A DNA stretch of 64,000 nucleotides from Fuerstiella sp. GTDB lineage: Bacteria; Planctomycetota; Planctomycetia; Planctomycetales; Planctomycetaceae. Shown piece after piece: positions 39,209-48,960 of this stretch. The stretch spans positions 2,361 to 66,360 of the forward strand of contig JABABI010000035.1 of assembly GCA_014238335.1 (NCBI GenBank). Reading direction: 5' to 3'. The translations under genes and the position numbers were made by a program. Each line of letters starts with the position of its first letter. The stretch's first letter is position 1. The notes under the pieces were generated by a model. That model was not told the origin of the DNA. It worked only from the letters and a program-made list of their open reading frames with translations, and made no database searches.

Positions 39209-41275
39209 CTAGTCGCTGTCAACCAGAAGCCGGGCGGGTGGAACCTGACCAGCCATAACAGCAAAGGCAGCTTCCAGTTCGATCTCCATCTGAGCGTTGG
39301 ACGTACCTGATGCAATGTGTACGTATTCGCCACCGCTCATCCGGGCAATCGCGTCCATCAGGACCGTGTCCGCACCATCGCCCATTGAGATCGTGTGAAC
39401 GGTATAGCCCGCATCATATGCCTCCTTCGCTCGAACAAAGGAATGCAGAGCGGCCCGCCAATTTCCACCGCTGTTGCCACCACTTACGTAGCTGCTGTCA
39501 ATAACCAGATTCGCCGAACCGTCGTCATCAAAGTCAGTGATATCGTTCCAGTTCCAGCCGGGCGGCAGGCTGCCCGTACCATATCCACTTGGATATTTAT
39601 TTGACTGACCATCCGTCATCAGCAGGATCGCCTTCTGAGCTCCGTAACGCCCCTGATCATCAAGCAGGTCGCTGGCGTCTTCAAGGCCGTATCCGATGCC
39701 GGTGGCACCGTTGTAGTGCCCGGCCTGCTTATGACGTTGAATAGTATTAATGGCCATTACGTCATTAGTCAGATGTTCACCAGCCAGATCAACGGTAACA
39801 TCTGCGCCATCGTCCCAAAGTCCGGTTTCAATTCTTGACGTTGTCGCATACGTGACCAGCCCCAGATGATCTCCGTAACCCAGATTATTCAGGAATGCAG
39901 CCAGCATCGTGACACCTTCCTTCATCCCATGGTGAGGATAGATCGGAGCACGCCAGAGATCTTCCGACTCGCTGTTCGCCTTCTTCTGACTGATCAGATA
40001 CTGCATCAGCGTTCGGTATCCGTAATCCTTTCTGTATCCGTAGCTGCTCAGGTTGTTCTTTACGTATTTAATGTAGCCCTTCCATAGTGCCTCACTTTCG
40101 CTGGCAGAAGGCTTGCCCTTCCGATTTCCGTTGGCCGCCTTCCCTTCCTGCGGAAACGCTACGTAATCGTCCTCCCCGACGCTGGGGTTGGTAATGACAA
40201 TCCACTCAGCGTCGTTGTTGCGACTACCCAATGAGCGGACGTCAGACGTATGCGGACCGGACTGCCAACCACCTTGGTTCGGATAGTCCCAGAGCGTTAC
40301 CGAGTACCCGTCCGGAACCCGAAACGAGTTGATGCGGTCATCGAGATTTCCGCTCATGACATTCAGGTCATATACTCCAACTCCCAGCTCCACCATGAAA
40401 GAACGGTAATTATTACGGTTGTAAAACCTGACTTGAGACTCACTATCGCTGCCACCCAGGTCCAATTGATTAAAGATTGTATCTGTATTGTTGCTGCTGA
40501 CATAGGTGCCGCCGTACGAATTGATGTTTCCGAAACCAGTGACAGGGAACTTCTGAGTTGCAAAATCGTCACTGAATCGTACATCTGAAGCGACCAGAGT
40601 GTCCCAGATATCATCCAGACCATCGATTACGCCGCTGAGTCCCAGTCGGTTGACCGTATCCGAACGCATCTGGCTGTCAAACGCCATTGACCCTGAATAG
40701 TCCAGTACAGCAACGATGTCGCGCGATTCGATGAAAGCGGTGGCATCAGCACGAATTGACTGGGCTCGTTCACCAACAACCGGCGCAAATATCAAGGGCA
40801 GTTTTGCGTCGGCCTGAGTCGGGTCTTCATTCGTTTTTCGGATCTCAACTTTCACCATATTGTACGGCGGGGTCCCAAAGGATTCCGTGTAAGTCACGCC
40901 GTCTTCCTTGAGCAGGCGATTCCCCAGAGTAACGTCGGTCGCCGGATCGATATAGAACCCGTTCAACTCAGCAACGTCGACAGCCATCGCTTTGGCCGCT
41001 GTCGCAGCAATCGCCTGAATGGTCTGCATGTCTGTTTCACCCTGTTCGGCGGCCGATCGAATTCCAATGACGATCTCCTGAGCTGCCGCCAACGCCGCAG
41101 AATCCGCGGCTGCCTGCATGCGAGTCTTCGTGACCGTAATCATACCCAGGTCAACGGACATCCCAACGAATGTCATTGCCGCCATCAGACAGACGACGGC
41201 CAGAACAAAAAATACACCCTTGCGGCGATGATATTTCAGATGTCTCACGATAAGTGATATTGAAGTTCTTTTCAT
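39209..41275 (-). CDS. TadG-like pilus assembly protein with vWA domain and beta/gamma-crystallin insert
   Basis: RRKG + TM + GMSVDLG...MQAAADSAALAA (Tad N-terminal domain); MIDAS LDYSGS; LLMTDG; crystallin-like segment at ~40190-40436. Confidence 0.88.
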   Translation of the reverse strand: MKRTSISLIVRHLKYHRRKGVFFVLAVVCLMAAMTFVGMSVDLGMITVTKTRMQAAADSAALAAAQEIVIGIRSAAEQGETDMQTIQAIAATAAKAMAVDVAELNGFYIDPATDVTLGNRLLKEDGVTYTESFGTPPYNMVKVEIRKTNEDPTQADAKLPLIFAPVVGERAQSIRADATAFIESRDIVAVLDYSGSMAFDSQMRSDTVNRLGLSGVIDGLDDIWDTLVASDVRFSDDFATQKFPVTGFGNINSYGGTYVSSNNTDTIFNQLDLGGSDSESQVRFYNRNNYRSFMVELGVGVYDLNVMSGNLDDRINSFRVPDGYSVTLWDYPNQGGWQSGPHTSDVRSLGSRNNDAEWIVITNPSVGEDDYVAFPQEGKAANGNRKGKPSASESEALWKGYIKYVKNNLSSYGYRKDYGYRTLMQYLISQKKANSESEDLWRAPIYPHHGMKEGVTMLAAFLNNLGYGDHLGLVTYATTSRIETGLWDDGADVTVDLAGEHLTNDVMAINTIQRHKQAGHYNGATGIGYGLEDASDLLDDQGRYGAQKAILLMTDGQSNKYPSGYGTGSLPPGWNWNDITDFDDDGSANLVIDSSYVSGGNSGGNWRAALHSFVRAKEAYDAGYTVHTISMGDGADTVLMDAIARMSGGEYVHIASGTSNAQMEIELEAAFAVMAGQVPPARLLVDSD

Positions 41276-41357
41276 AATTTTCCCCCGGAAAAGATTTCAG
41301 CTGCACGACTGGCAAGTGCCATTCGCGACTCGCTATTTTTACCCACAATGTCACCAG

Positions 41358-41867
41358 TCAGCTGGATAGAGAGCCCCCACCCAGTCCGGCTCGCAGAATA
41401 AGAAACGCTCTCACATTCGAACCACTCATGTAATTCGACGGAAACAGACTAATCGCCGAGTACGGCATGCTGATTTCGATCTTCATCAGTTGCAGCGCGT
41501 TGTCTTCATCAGCAATGTCAAATGGCAACCCGGCACTCTGACCTTCGGCGTGGACAATATCGACTGCCAGCGCCGAACCCGGCAGACCGGATGCGGTGAC
41601 GTAGTTTCGGATGTCCCGTTCAATTTTGGCATTAGGTGTATCGCCGGATTCGACGACATCGCCCCAGTTCATATTCGCCAGGCGGCCTGCTTCGCGGACA
41701 GATGACTGCATGATCGTGCTGGCTCGCAGTGCACTACCCATTTCAATCGTGCCCAGGACCAGAATCAGCATCATCGGCAGAACAACAGCTGCTTCAATAA
41801 CGGCTGCCGCCTTTCGCCTGCTGGTGTCGACGCCGTTCCGATAATGATGTTGACGTGTTGTTCGCAT
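41358..41867 (-). CDS. TadE/TadG family pilus assembly protein
   Basis: RRKAAAVIEAAVVLPMMLILVLGTIEMG...VREAGRLA pilin-like N-terminus. Confidence 0.88.
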   Translation of the reverse strand: MRTTRQHHYRNGVDTSRRKAAAVIEAAVVLPMMLILVLGTIEMGSALRASTIMQSSVREAGRLANMNWGDVVESGDTPNAKIERDIRNYVTASGLPGSALAVDIVHAEGQSAGLPFDIADEDNALQLMKIEISMPYSAISLFPSNYMSGSNVRAFLILRAGLGGGSLSS

Positions 41868-41877
41868 AGTCGGCCCC

Positions 41878-42366
41878 TTACTCTTTTCTCATCACAGCCT
41901 GCCCGTAGACATTGATATCTCCGACCCACCGCGGACCAAGAATGCCGACTTCACCATACGGAACCTGTATCCGCACAATGAATAGACTGCCTCGCTCAAG
42001 ATCTTCAATTGCCACATTCGGAAGAGACGCGTAGTACTCGTCGTCGAGAGCCTCGGCGTCGAGAGCGATGTCGTCAAAATTGCTGGCGTCTTTCACCTGA
42101 ATTTTAACGTTTTCCAGGTTAGCATCGATCGCCGAATTCAGAATGTCGTGCGCAAGCGTTTCAACCTCATCCGTCGTCGCCAAATCTCCAATACCCAGTC
42201 GAGCAGCGCGGCGCGCTGCGGAATTGAGTGTGTGGATCGTCATGAAGACGTGACCAAACTCGATAAATCCAAACAGGAAGGTAAAAAAGATCGGCAGAAC
42301 AACGGCGGTTTCCACCATCGTTGTGCCTTTTCGTCTCTGCCCGTTTCTGCTTCGAAGAAGCCTCAT
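41878..42366 (-). CDS. TadE family pilus assembly protein
   Basis: RRKGTTMVETAVVLPIFFTFLFGFIEFG...AARRAARLG. Confidence 0.9.
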   Translation of the reverse strand: MRLLRSRNGQRRKGTTMVETAVVLPIFFTFLFGFIEFGHVFMTIHTLNSAARRAARLGIGDLATTDEVETLAHDILNSAIDANLENVKIQVKDASNFDDIALDAEALDDEYYASLPNVAIEDLERGSLFIVRIQVPYGEVGILGPRWVGDINVYGQAVMRKE

Positions 42367-43576
42367 CGTGGAGACCCTCTGGCTTGCAAGTGAGAAAATC
42401 TGTAACTAATGTCGCAGTGATCATGTTCACTATTAACCTACAACCAAATTTCGTGACCGCAGGAAACATTGAGGAACTCGGGGTGTTGGATTTTGCGCTG
42501 TGTTGTGAAAATGCAACCCGAGCTAGTCTCCCGACTCAACAGACCAGTCGATACCCGTAGAACCGACCCGAATCTGTCGCCAGCGTGCAACGTCTGTTGT
42601 TCCAAAGCAACCGGTATCACTGCCAATGATGCTTTTCGTACACGCGTGCACGGACACGTTTGACCAGCGGACCGGGTAGTTACGAATGGGACTGTTACAA
42701 CGGTTAGCCAAAAACATGTACTTAGCTTGTAAGGCCCTACGTCGTAAAGCGTCGCAGCTCCACTCTAACCCCATCTCTGTGGAGCCACAGGGCCCCGTGG
42801 TGCAGGTGGTTGTTCCGGTCTACACACCGTCTGTCGGCACTGAGTCGGCAGCTTGACCAACCAGACGTAAATCTGGAAAACTCGGAATTGACTTTGATCT
42901 CTGTGAATACCGGCGACGTTGGCCTCTGGGCCTGTAATCGTCGGCGTGACACCAGCATACAAACACTTCAATCAGGCGGTTGCCTGCGTCTGCATATCAT
43001 GATGGGGGCAAAGCACATGAAGGATATGAAAGATGCCGGGCGGCCTGTCGCTGCGAGTCGACACCAAATGTCCGGTCGGATTCTCCAGCGACATTGATTA
43101 TGCTATTGAGTGCGGTGGCAACTTGGCAGGGAGGGCATGTCGTGGTCACGGAACCGTCCTGGTGCAGAGGCTTCCGTTTTCGCGACTGGCTGACAGAGTT
43201 CGGCAGAACTTCTCCGCGGTCAGGTAGAAGGCTCGGCACCTGGCGTTTCGGGCAACACGTCAGGTGACTGGAGCCGTTGGCGAAAAGATGTGGTCGTGGT
43301 GGAATGCCCACGGTGTTAAAAACATCTCGCCAGACGGCTTTTGGTGTTTTGAAATGTTTCACGGGAATTTAGAACTCGATGGGCGGGCAAAACACGAAGG
43401 ACTCTTCTGTAAGACGAGTTGTCGCAACAAACGCACGTTAGTCGCGACACGTTTCTGGCCCGCTGCTAGTCATCCGCGACGCACATCGGCACGGCGAGGT
43501 TGCGTACCAGTTGCAAAATCAAGCCGTGTTTTGCGATTTAGCACGTCCCAGGTTCACCCACCAACGCCCGAAAACG

Positions 43577-43618
43577 GCAAGTGTGCAAAGGCGGCCATGG
43601 TCGCCTTTGCACACTTGC
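43577..43618. repeat. Perfect 17-bp inverted repeat with 8-nt spacer
   Basis: GCAAGTGTGCAAAGGCG-GCCATGGT-CGCCTTTGCACACTTGC. Confidence 0.95.
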
Positions 43619-43784
43619 ATCCCTTGAATCAACGATTGTTCCCTATAGAGTGAGTTCTAGCGCTAAAATCAAAATTACTATCCGTTAATGAATGACGGTG
43701 ATCTTGAAGTTCGGCTGAGTTTCCTGAAACTAACCAACTTAACCGGAAACCAGCGACTGAATAAAGCTGATAGGGTAATTCAGG

Positions 43785-46778
43785 ATGACTCGAATCCAAC
43801 GGCATTGGACGACCGTGCTGACAGGCTTCCTCGCCGTCGTCTGCCACGGAGCATGGCAATTGTCTGCAACTGCGCAGGATCAGCGTCAGGTCAGCCTGGC
43901 CACGAAGATGCTCGCATCGGTCAACAGTCAGAAAGGACTCTGCGTTCTCCTCGGCTCCGAGGACGGAGGACTCGCCGTCGCTTTGTGTCGTGACGGTGAG
44001 TATCTGGTGCATGGCCTGTGCACCGGCCATGACGCGGTCAATCGAATGCGGCAGGCCATCGACAAGGCGGAGCTTCGGGGTGTCGTGTCGGTTGAGACCG
44101 GGTTGGCCAAACAGCTGCCTTATTCAGACAACATGGTCAACCTCGCCGTGGTCGAGAATTTCGGCCGGTTATTGCAGAACGGACTGCAGCTGAAAGAAGT
44201 GCTTCGAGTTCTCCGGCCGGGCGGTGTCGCCTGGCTGGGTAACTGGAACACTGATGGAAAACCGATTCCCGCCGCGCAACTGAATGAACTGTCCGCCGCA
44301 ACCGGAATTGAGGGTCTTGTGGTCATTCAGGACGATACCGGTGTCTGGGTGCGTGTGCGAAAGTCTCGACCAACGGCCATGGATGACTGGACTCACCAGC
44401 GCGGCGACGCCAGCGGCAATCCGGTTTCCATGGATCAACAGATTGGCGTGCCGACCGGAGTTCGCTGGGTGGCTGGCCCCAACTGGCCGACCGGAGACCG
44501 CAAGGCCTCCACGCCCTCGGCCGTCGCTTCGGACCAGCATCTCGCCGTCGTGTTTCAGGACGAGGTCGTCACCGAAAATGGGCTTCGCAGGGAAAACTCG
44601 TTGATCGTCCGCGACGTTTACAACGGACTGCGTTTGTGGAGACGCAAGGCAGACTCACTGGAACTGATTTCAGACGGCGGGCGGATATACACAAAGGTCG
44701 ACGGGAAACTGGTGGCTCTTGACGGTGAGACTGGTGAAGTGACTCGCACGTTCGATGTCGACGTTCCCGGTGAGTTTCTCCTCAGTGACGGATTGCTTCT
44801 CGTCGCGAACTCAAAAGCGGTCCACGCAGTGGATATTGAAACCGGAGACAGCCGCTGGTCCGCTCCGCTGGTGTCCAAACGAATGCGGGCAGGCGACGGC
44901 CGGCTGTTCGTTCACGTGGACAACAGCCGCCGCGGAGGGGATTCGCAGCTCGTTTGTTTTGAGCTGAATACCGGAGAACAGCTATGGAAAGCCTCCACGA
45001 AGTCGTGGACAAAGGAGGCGGCATTCACACTGGTCTTCTACAGCGATGGCGTTCTCATTGCCGCCACCAACGACGCGAACCACGCCGTCTCGGCCGAGGA
45101 TGGCTCACACTTGTGGGAATACACCTACACAAAGATCGGTCACGGCGGCAGCTATGAAAAAGTGATTTACTCCGACGGCCTCGTCTGGATTCACACGGCC
45201 GATTCGAAAGGGACGAAGCAGTACGCGTGGGAAGGCCTCGATCCGAAAACGGGGAAGGTCAGGAAGCAACTGCTGCAACCGAAGGAGTTCACCTACAAGC
45301 ACCGCTGCAGTTATGACGTCGCAACCGAGCAGTTTTTCCTGTGCGGCTCGATGGATTTTGCCGATCTGAAAACGGGCGAGTATCGGCACTTCGGAGCCAG
45401 CCGAACGTCATGCCGGACGGCAGGACTCGTTCCGGCCAACGGTTTGATTTACACGTTTCCGCACGCCTGCGGATGTTACGTGATGCTGCGCGGATTCATC
45501 GCCCTGGAGACAAGTCCGCAGACCGCTCCAATTGACGAAGACAAGCGTCTGAAAAAGGGACCAGCATATGGCGCCCAACACACGCGATCCGATTCTCCCG
45601 TGGCAGACTGGCCGACGTATCGTTGCAATGTGGCGCGCAGCGGCAGCACCGGCGAAGCCGGTCCGACGAAACTCACGCGGCTCTGGGATCGACGGGTCGC
45701 TGGTCGAGTCGCTGAATCGGTGGCACTGGAATGGGGGCAGAAAAATGCCAACCCACTTACCAGTCCAGTCGTGGCAGAGGGACTGGCGTTTGCCGCGAGC
45801 AGCGATCATCACCGTCTCGTCGCCCTTGATGCGAACACCGGTGAGCTGCGGTGGAACTTCACGTCCGGCGGACGGATCGGCTGCCCGCCGACGATCGACG
45901 GAGGTCTGTGCCTGTTCGGTTCACACGACGGCTGGGTTTACTGCCTCACCACTGATGACGGCCAACTCGTCTGGCGATTTCGCGCAGCACCGCGCGACCG
46001 CCGGATTGTCGCGTACGGGCAGATCGAATCTGCTCGGCCGGTCCTGGGAGGAGTCCTCATGTACGATGGCCTCGCGTATTTCGTCGTCGGCCGACACAGC
46101 GACTCGGACGACGGACTGCTTGTGCAGGCTGTCAAACCGGAAACCGGAGAACTTGTCTGGGCTGAGCCGGTCACAGGACACGATGGTGTCCCCGATGTGC
46201 TGACGGGCGGCCAAGGAACCATTCAACTGGCCTCCTGGGAAGTCGACGCAAAAACCGGCAAACCCGGATCGGCCGGTCTCGATCGACTTCGCGGAGGCCG
46301 ACTGGGGCTGCTGAATGCCGCATGGGCGAAACGGCCGATCGCGATTCGTCGAAATCTGTCGGAGTGGAAAACCGGCGATCGACCCGCCGGCCAGATGCTC
46401 GCCTTTGACGACGCGGCCACGTGTGGTTATCGGGCGTGCGTAAAGGTCAACACCGGCAACGGTGAGATGTCCGGCAATGCCCTGCTGTTCGCCAAAGCAG
46501 TTTCGGGAAAAGAGTGGAGTGTCAAGATGCCCAACACCGCCCGGATGCGCGGCATGGTGATGGCTGGCGAACGACTCTACGTGGCAGGAAAGTTGTACGG
46601 GGACGAAAAAGGCAAGAGTGCCATTAACGGCGTACGGGTTCATGACCTTGTTGACGGAAAGCTTCTTGCCGAGCACGCCATCGACGGCGGCCTGGTCCAC
46701 GACTGCCTCGCGGTTGCCGGAGAACGGCTCTACGTTTCGACGCAAAATGGCAGAGTAATTTGCCTGGGCTCGAAGTAA
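43785..46778 (+). CDS. Secreted methyltransferase-like + PQQ-like beta-propeller protein
   Basis: Signal peptide; class I SAM-MTase-like region (CVLLGSEDG, LPYSDNMVNL, EVLRVLRPGG); two propeller blocks starting DDWTHQRGD and DWPTYRCN. Confidence 0.85.
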   Translation: MTRIQRHWTTVLTGFLAVVCHGAWQLSATAQDQRQVSLATKMLASVNSQKGLCVLLGSEDGGLAVALCRDGEYLVHGLCTGHDAVNRMRQAIDKAELRGVVSVETGLAKQLPYSDNMVNLAVVENFGRLLQNGLQLKEVLRVLRPGGVAWLGNWNTDGKPIPAAQLNELSAATGIEGLVVIQDDTGVWVRVRKSRPTAMDDWTHQRGDASGNPVSMDQQIGVPTGVRWVAGPNWPTGDRKASTPSAVASDQHLAVVFQDEVVTENGLRRENSLIVRDVYNGLRLWRRKADSLELISDGGRIYTKVDGKLVALDGETGEVTRTFDVDVPGEFLLSDGLLLVANSKAVHAVDIETGDSRWSAPLVSKRMRAGDGRLFVHVDNSRRGGDSQLVCFELNTGEQLWKASTKSWTKEAAFTLVFYSDGVLIAATNDANHAVSAEDGSHLWEYTYTKIGHGGSYEKVIYSDGLVWIHTADSKGTKQYAWEGLDPKTGKVRKQLLQPKEFTYKHRCSYDVATEQFFLCGSMDFADLKTGEYRHFGASRTSCRTAGLVPANGLIYTFPHACGCYVMLRGFIALETSPQTAPIDEDKRLKKGPAYGAQHTRSDSPVADWPTYRCNVARSGSTGEAGPTKLTRLWDRRVAGRVAESVALEWGQKNANPLTSPVVAEGLAFAASSDHHRLVALDANTGELRWNFTSGGRIGCPPTIDGGLCLFGSHDGWVYCLTTDDGQLVWRFRAAPRDRRIVAYGQIESARPVLGGVLMYDGLAYFVVGRHSDSDDGLLVQAVKPETGELVWAEPVTGHDGVPDVLTGGQGTIQLASWEVDAKTGKPGSAGLDRLRGGRLGLLNAAWAKRPIAIRRNLSEWKTGDRPAGQMLAFDDAATCGYRACVKVNTGNGEMSGNALLFAKAVSGKEWSVKMPNTARMRGMVMAGERLYVAGKLYGDEKGKSAINGVRVHDLVDGKLLAEHAIDGGLVHDCLAVAGERLYVSTQNGRVICLGSK

Positions 46779-46817
46779 GAACGTGGAGCTCAAAGACGGT
46801 CCTGTTAAAGAGAACAA

Positions 46818-48929
46818 ATGAGCGACTCGCCAGTCAAGCCAGCCGCCTCACCGTCAGATGCCCCATCGTTAGGCGCACCACCTGCAAGTCACTGTTCACT
46901 GTCGAGGCGAAAGAAGCTCGCGTACTCGCTCGTCACAACGCTGCTGTTTGTCGTCTCGCTTGAGACCGGGCTGGCGCTGGTGGGAGTGGAACTTGCGGTC
47001 GACTTGAGCGACCCGCTCGTCGGGTTCGATGGCAGCTCACCTCTGTTCGTTTCCGACACCGCATTCGGCGATCCGTCGTGGATGGTCACGTCGAAAAACA
47101 AGCTTGCGTGGTTCAATCAGCAAAGCTTTCCTCGCCACAAAGTTCCCGGCACGCGGCGCGTCTTCTGCCTGGGCGGGTCAACAACCCATGGTCGACCTTA
47201 TGACGACACGACGTCGTTCCCGGGCTGGCTGCGTGAGCTGCTGCCTCGCGTCGCTCCGGATACCCGGTGGGAAGTCATCAATGCCGGAGGAGTCAGCTAC
47301 GCCAGTTATCGTGTGGCCCGGTTGACTCAGGAGCTGGTCCAGTACGAGCCGGACCTGTTTATAGTCTACACCGGGCACAACGAGTTTCTCGAAGATCGCA
47401 CTTATGGTGAGATCAAGCATGCTTCGCCACTGCGACGTGGTGCGATGGCCATGTTGGCTCGATCACGGACCGCCACGCTCGCTCAGTGGATGTTCGGTGG
47501 TCAGAGCGAGGATCGAGTTCAGTTGTCAGAGGATGTCGACACTGTGCTTGACCACACAGTCGGCCCCACGACTTACCAGCGCGACATCGAACAGCAACGA
47601 CGGATTATCGAGCACTTCAAGGTGAATCTGTCCCGCATCGTGGCTATCGCCCGCGGGTGCGGCGCAGAGGTCGTACTGGTCACGCCGGCCTCCAACCTGA
47701 AAGACAGTGCGCCGTTTAAGAGTCAGCACTCCAACGGGATGTCTACTGAAACACTGCTGGAGTGGACGCAACAGTACGAGACAGCGCGACAGCAGGAACG
47801 TGATGGTCACCTTGAAGCAGCTCGGCTTGCTTATGCTCGTGCCGCGGAGCTCGACTCATCCTTCGCTGAGCTTCACTGGCGAACCGGTCGGTTGCTACTG
47901 AAGCAAAAACAGTTCGAGCAGGCCCATGCTGCATTTTGCCGTTCCATCGACGAAGACGTTTGCCCGCTGCGGGCGGTCAATGAGATTCCGCGGATCATTC
48001 GCAACACGGCTGAGCGGTTGAACGTGCCACTCGTGGATTTCGAGCAGCTTGTTGCTGCACAGTGTCGTGACCAGCTGGGACACTCATCACCTGGCCGGGA
48101 AGTGTTCCTGGACCACGTGCACCCCACTATTGCCGTCAACGGCCAGTTGGCGAAGGCGATCGTTGACCGACTGATCGACGCGGAAATTATCGAGATGGAG
48201 TCGGCCCCGACCGAACAAGCGCTGACTGAAGTGTCCCGTCAAATCAACTCGCGCGTCGACGAACGGCAGCATGCGATCGCTTTGCGAAACCTTGCGAAGG
48301 TTCTCAACTGGGCGGGCAAACATCTTGAAGCGGGATCGCTCGCCACGCGGGCCGTCGAGCAGTTGCCCGATGACCCGGAAAGCCTGGTGCTCTCAGCAGC
48401 GTACCTCGGCGAAACTGGTCGCGTCGACAAGGCCATCGAGTATTATCGGCACGCCCTGCGACACCGACCGGAATACGCCACGGCTCACCAGATGCTTGGG
48501 GCGGCGCTGGTCGACCGCGGCCAGCTGAATGAGGCTCTGGGGCATTTCAGAGAACTGGCCCGACTCCGCCCCGGCGACTCTCACGCCTGGCAGATGATTG
48601 GAGCGATCTACGCCGAGCAGGAGCAGTTTGACGCAGCTCTGCCAAACTTCGAGAAGGCGCTCGCGCTGAACGGCGAGGATGCCAACATCCACTACAACCT
48701 GGCCAATGCACTGGGCCATTCAGGACGACGCGGGGATGCCATCGATCATTACACCCGTGCGGTCGAGCTGAATCCGAAGGATTTAGACGCCCGAAACAAC
48801 CTCGGCGTCATGCTGATGCGGGACGGCAGAAGGAAAGAAGCTGCACGGCAGTTTCGAAAAGTTCTTCGGTTACGCCCTGACGATCCTGTTGCGGCAGCCA
48901 ACCTTCGCGACGCACAAAGTGAAAAGTAG
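46818..48929 (+). CDS. SGNH/GDSL-hydrolase-like + TPR repeat membrane-anchored protein
   Basis: N-terminal TM; CLGGSTTHG (block I), GHNEF (block III), DHVHP (block V); C-terminal TPRs (HYNLANAL, ARNNLGV). Confidence 0.88.
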   Translation: MSDSPVKPAASPSDAPSLGAPPASHCSLSRRKKLAYSLVTTLLFVVSLETGLALVGVELAVDLSDPLVGFDGSSPLFVSDTAFGDPSWMVTSKNKLAWFNQQSFPRHKVPGTRRVFCLGGSTTHGRPYDDTTSFPGWLRELLPRVAPDTRWEVINAGGVSYASYRVARLTQELVQYEPDLFIVYTGHNEFLEDRTYGEIKHASPLRRGAMAMLARSRTATLAQWMFGGQSEDRVQLSEDVDTVLDHTVGPTTYQRDIEQQRRIIEHFKVNLSRIVAIARGCGAEVVLVTPASNLKDSAPFKSQHSNGMSTETLLEWTQQYETARQQERDGHLEAARLAYARAAELDSSFAELHWRTGRLLLKQKQFEQAHAAFCRSIDEDVCPLRAVNEIPRIIRNTAERLNVPLVDFEQLVAAQCRDQLGHSSPGREVFLDHVHPTIAVNGQLAKAIVDRLIDAEIIEMESAPTEQALTEVSRQINSRVDERQHAIALRNLAKVLNWAGKHLEAGSLATRAVEQLPDDPESLVLSAAYLGETGRVDKAIEYYRHALRHRPEYATAHQMLGAALVDRGQLNEALGHFRELARLRPGDSHAWQMIGAIYAEQEQFDAALPNFEKALALNGEDANIHYNLANALGHSGRRGDAIDHYTRAVELNPKDLDARNNLGVMLMRDGRRKEAARQFRKVLRLRPDDPVAAANLRDAQSEK

Positions 48930-48960
48930 CGTACAGATGCCAGGTAAACCGACTCGACGG

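Noticed and set aside
42980-43270. Possible transposase C-terminal remnant
   Set aside because: No diagnostic motif could be recognised by eye in any frame; it needs blastx.
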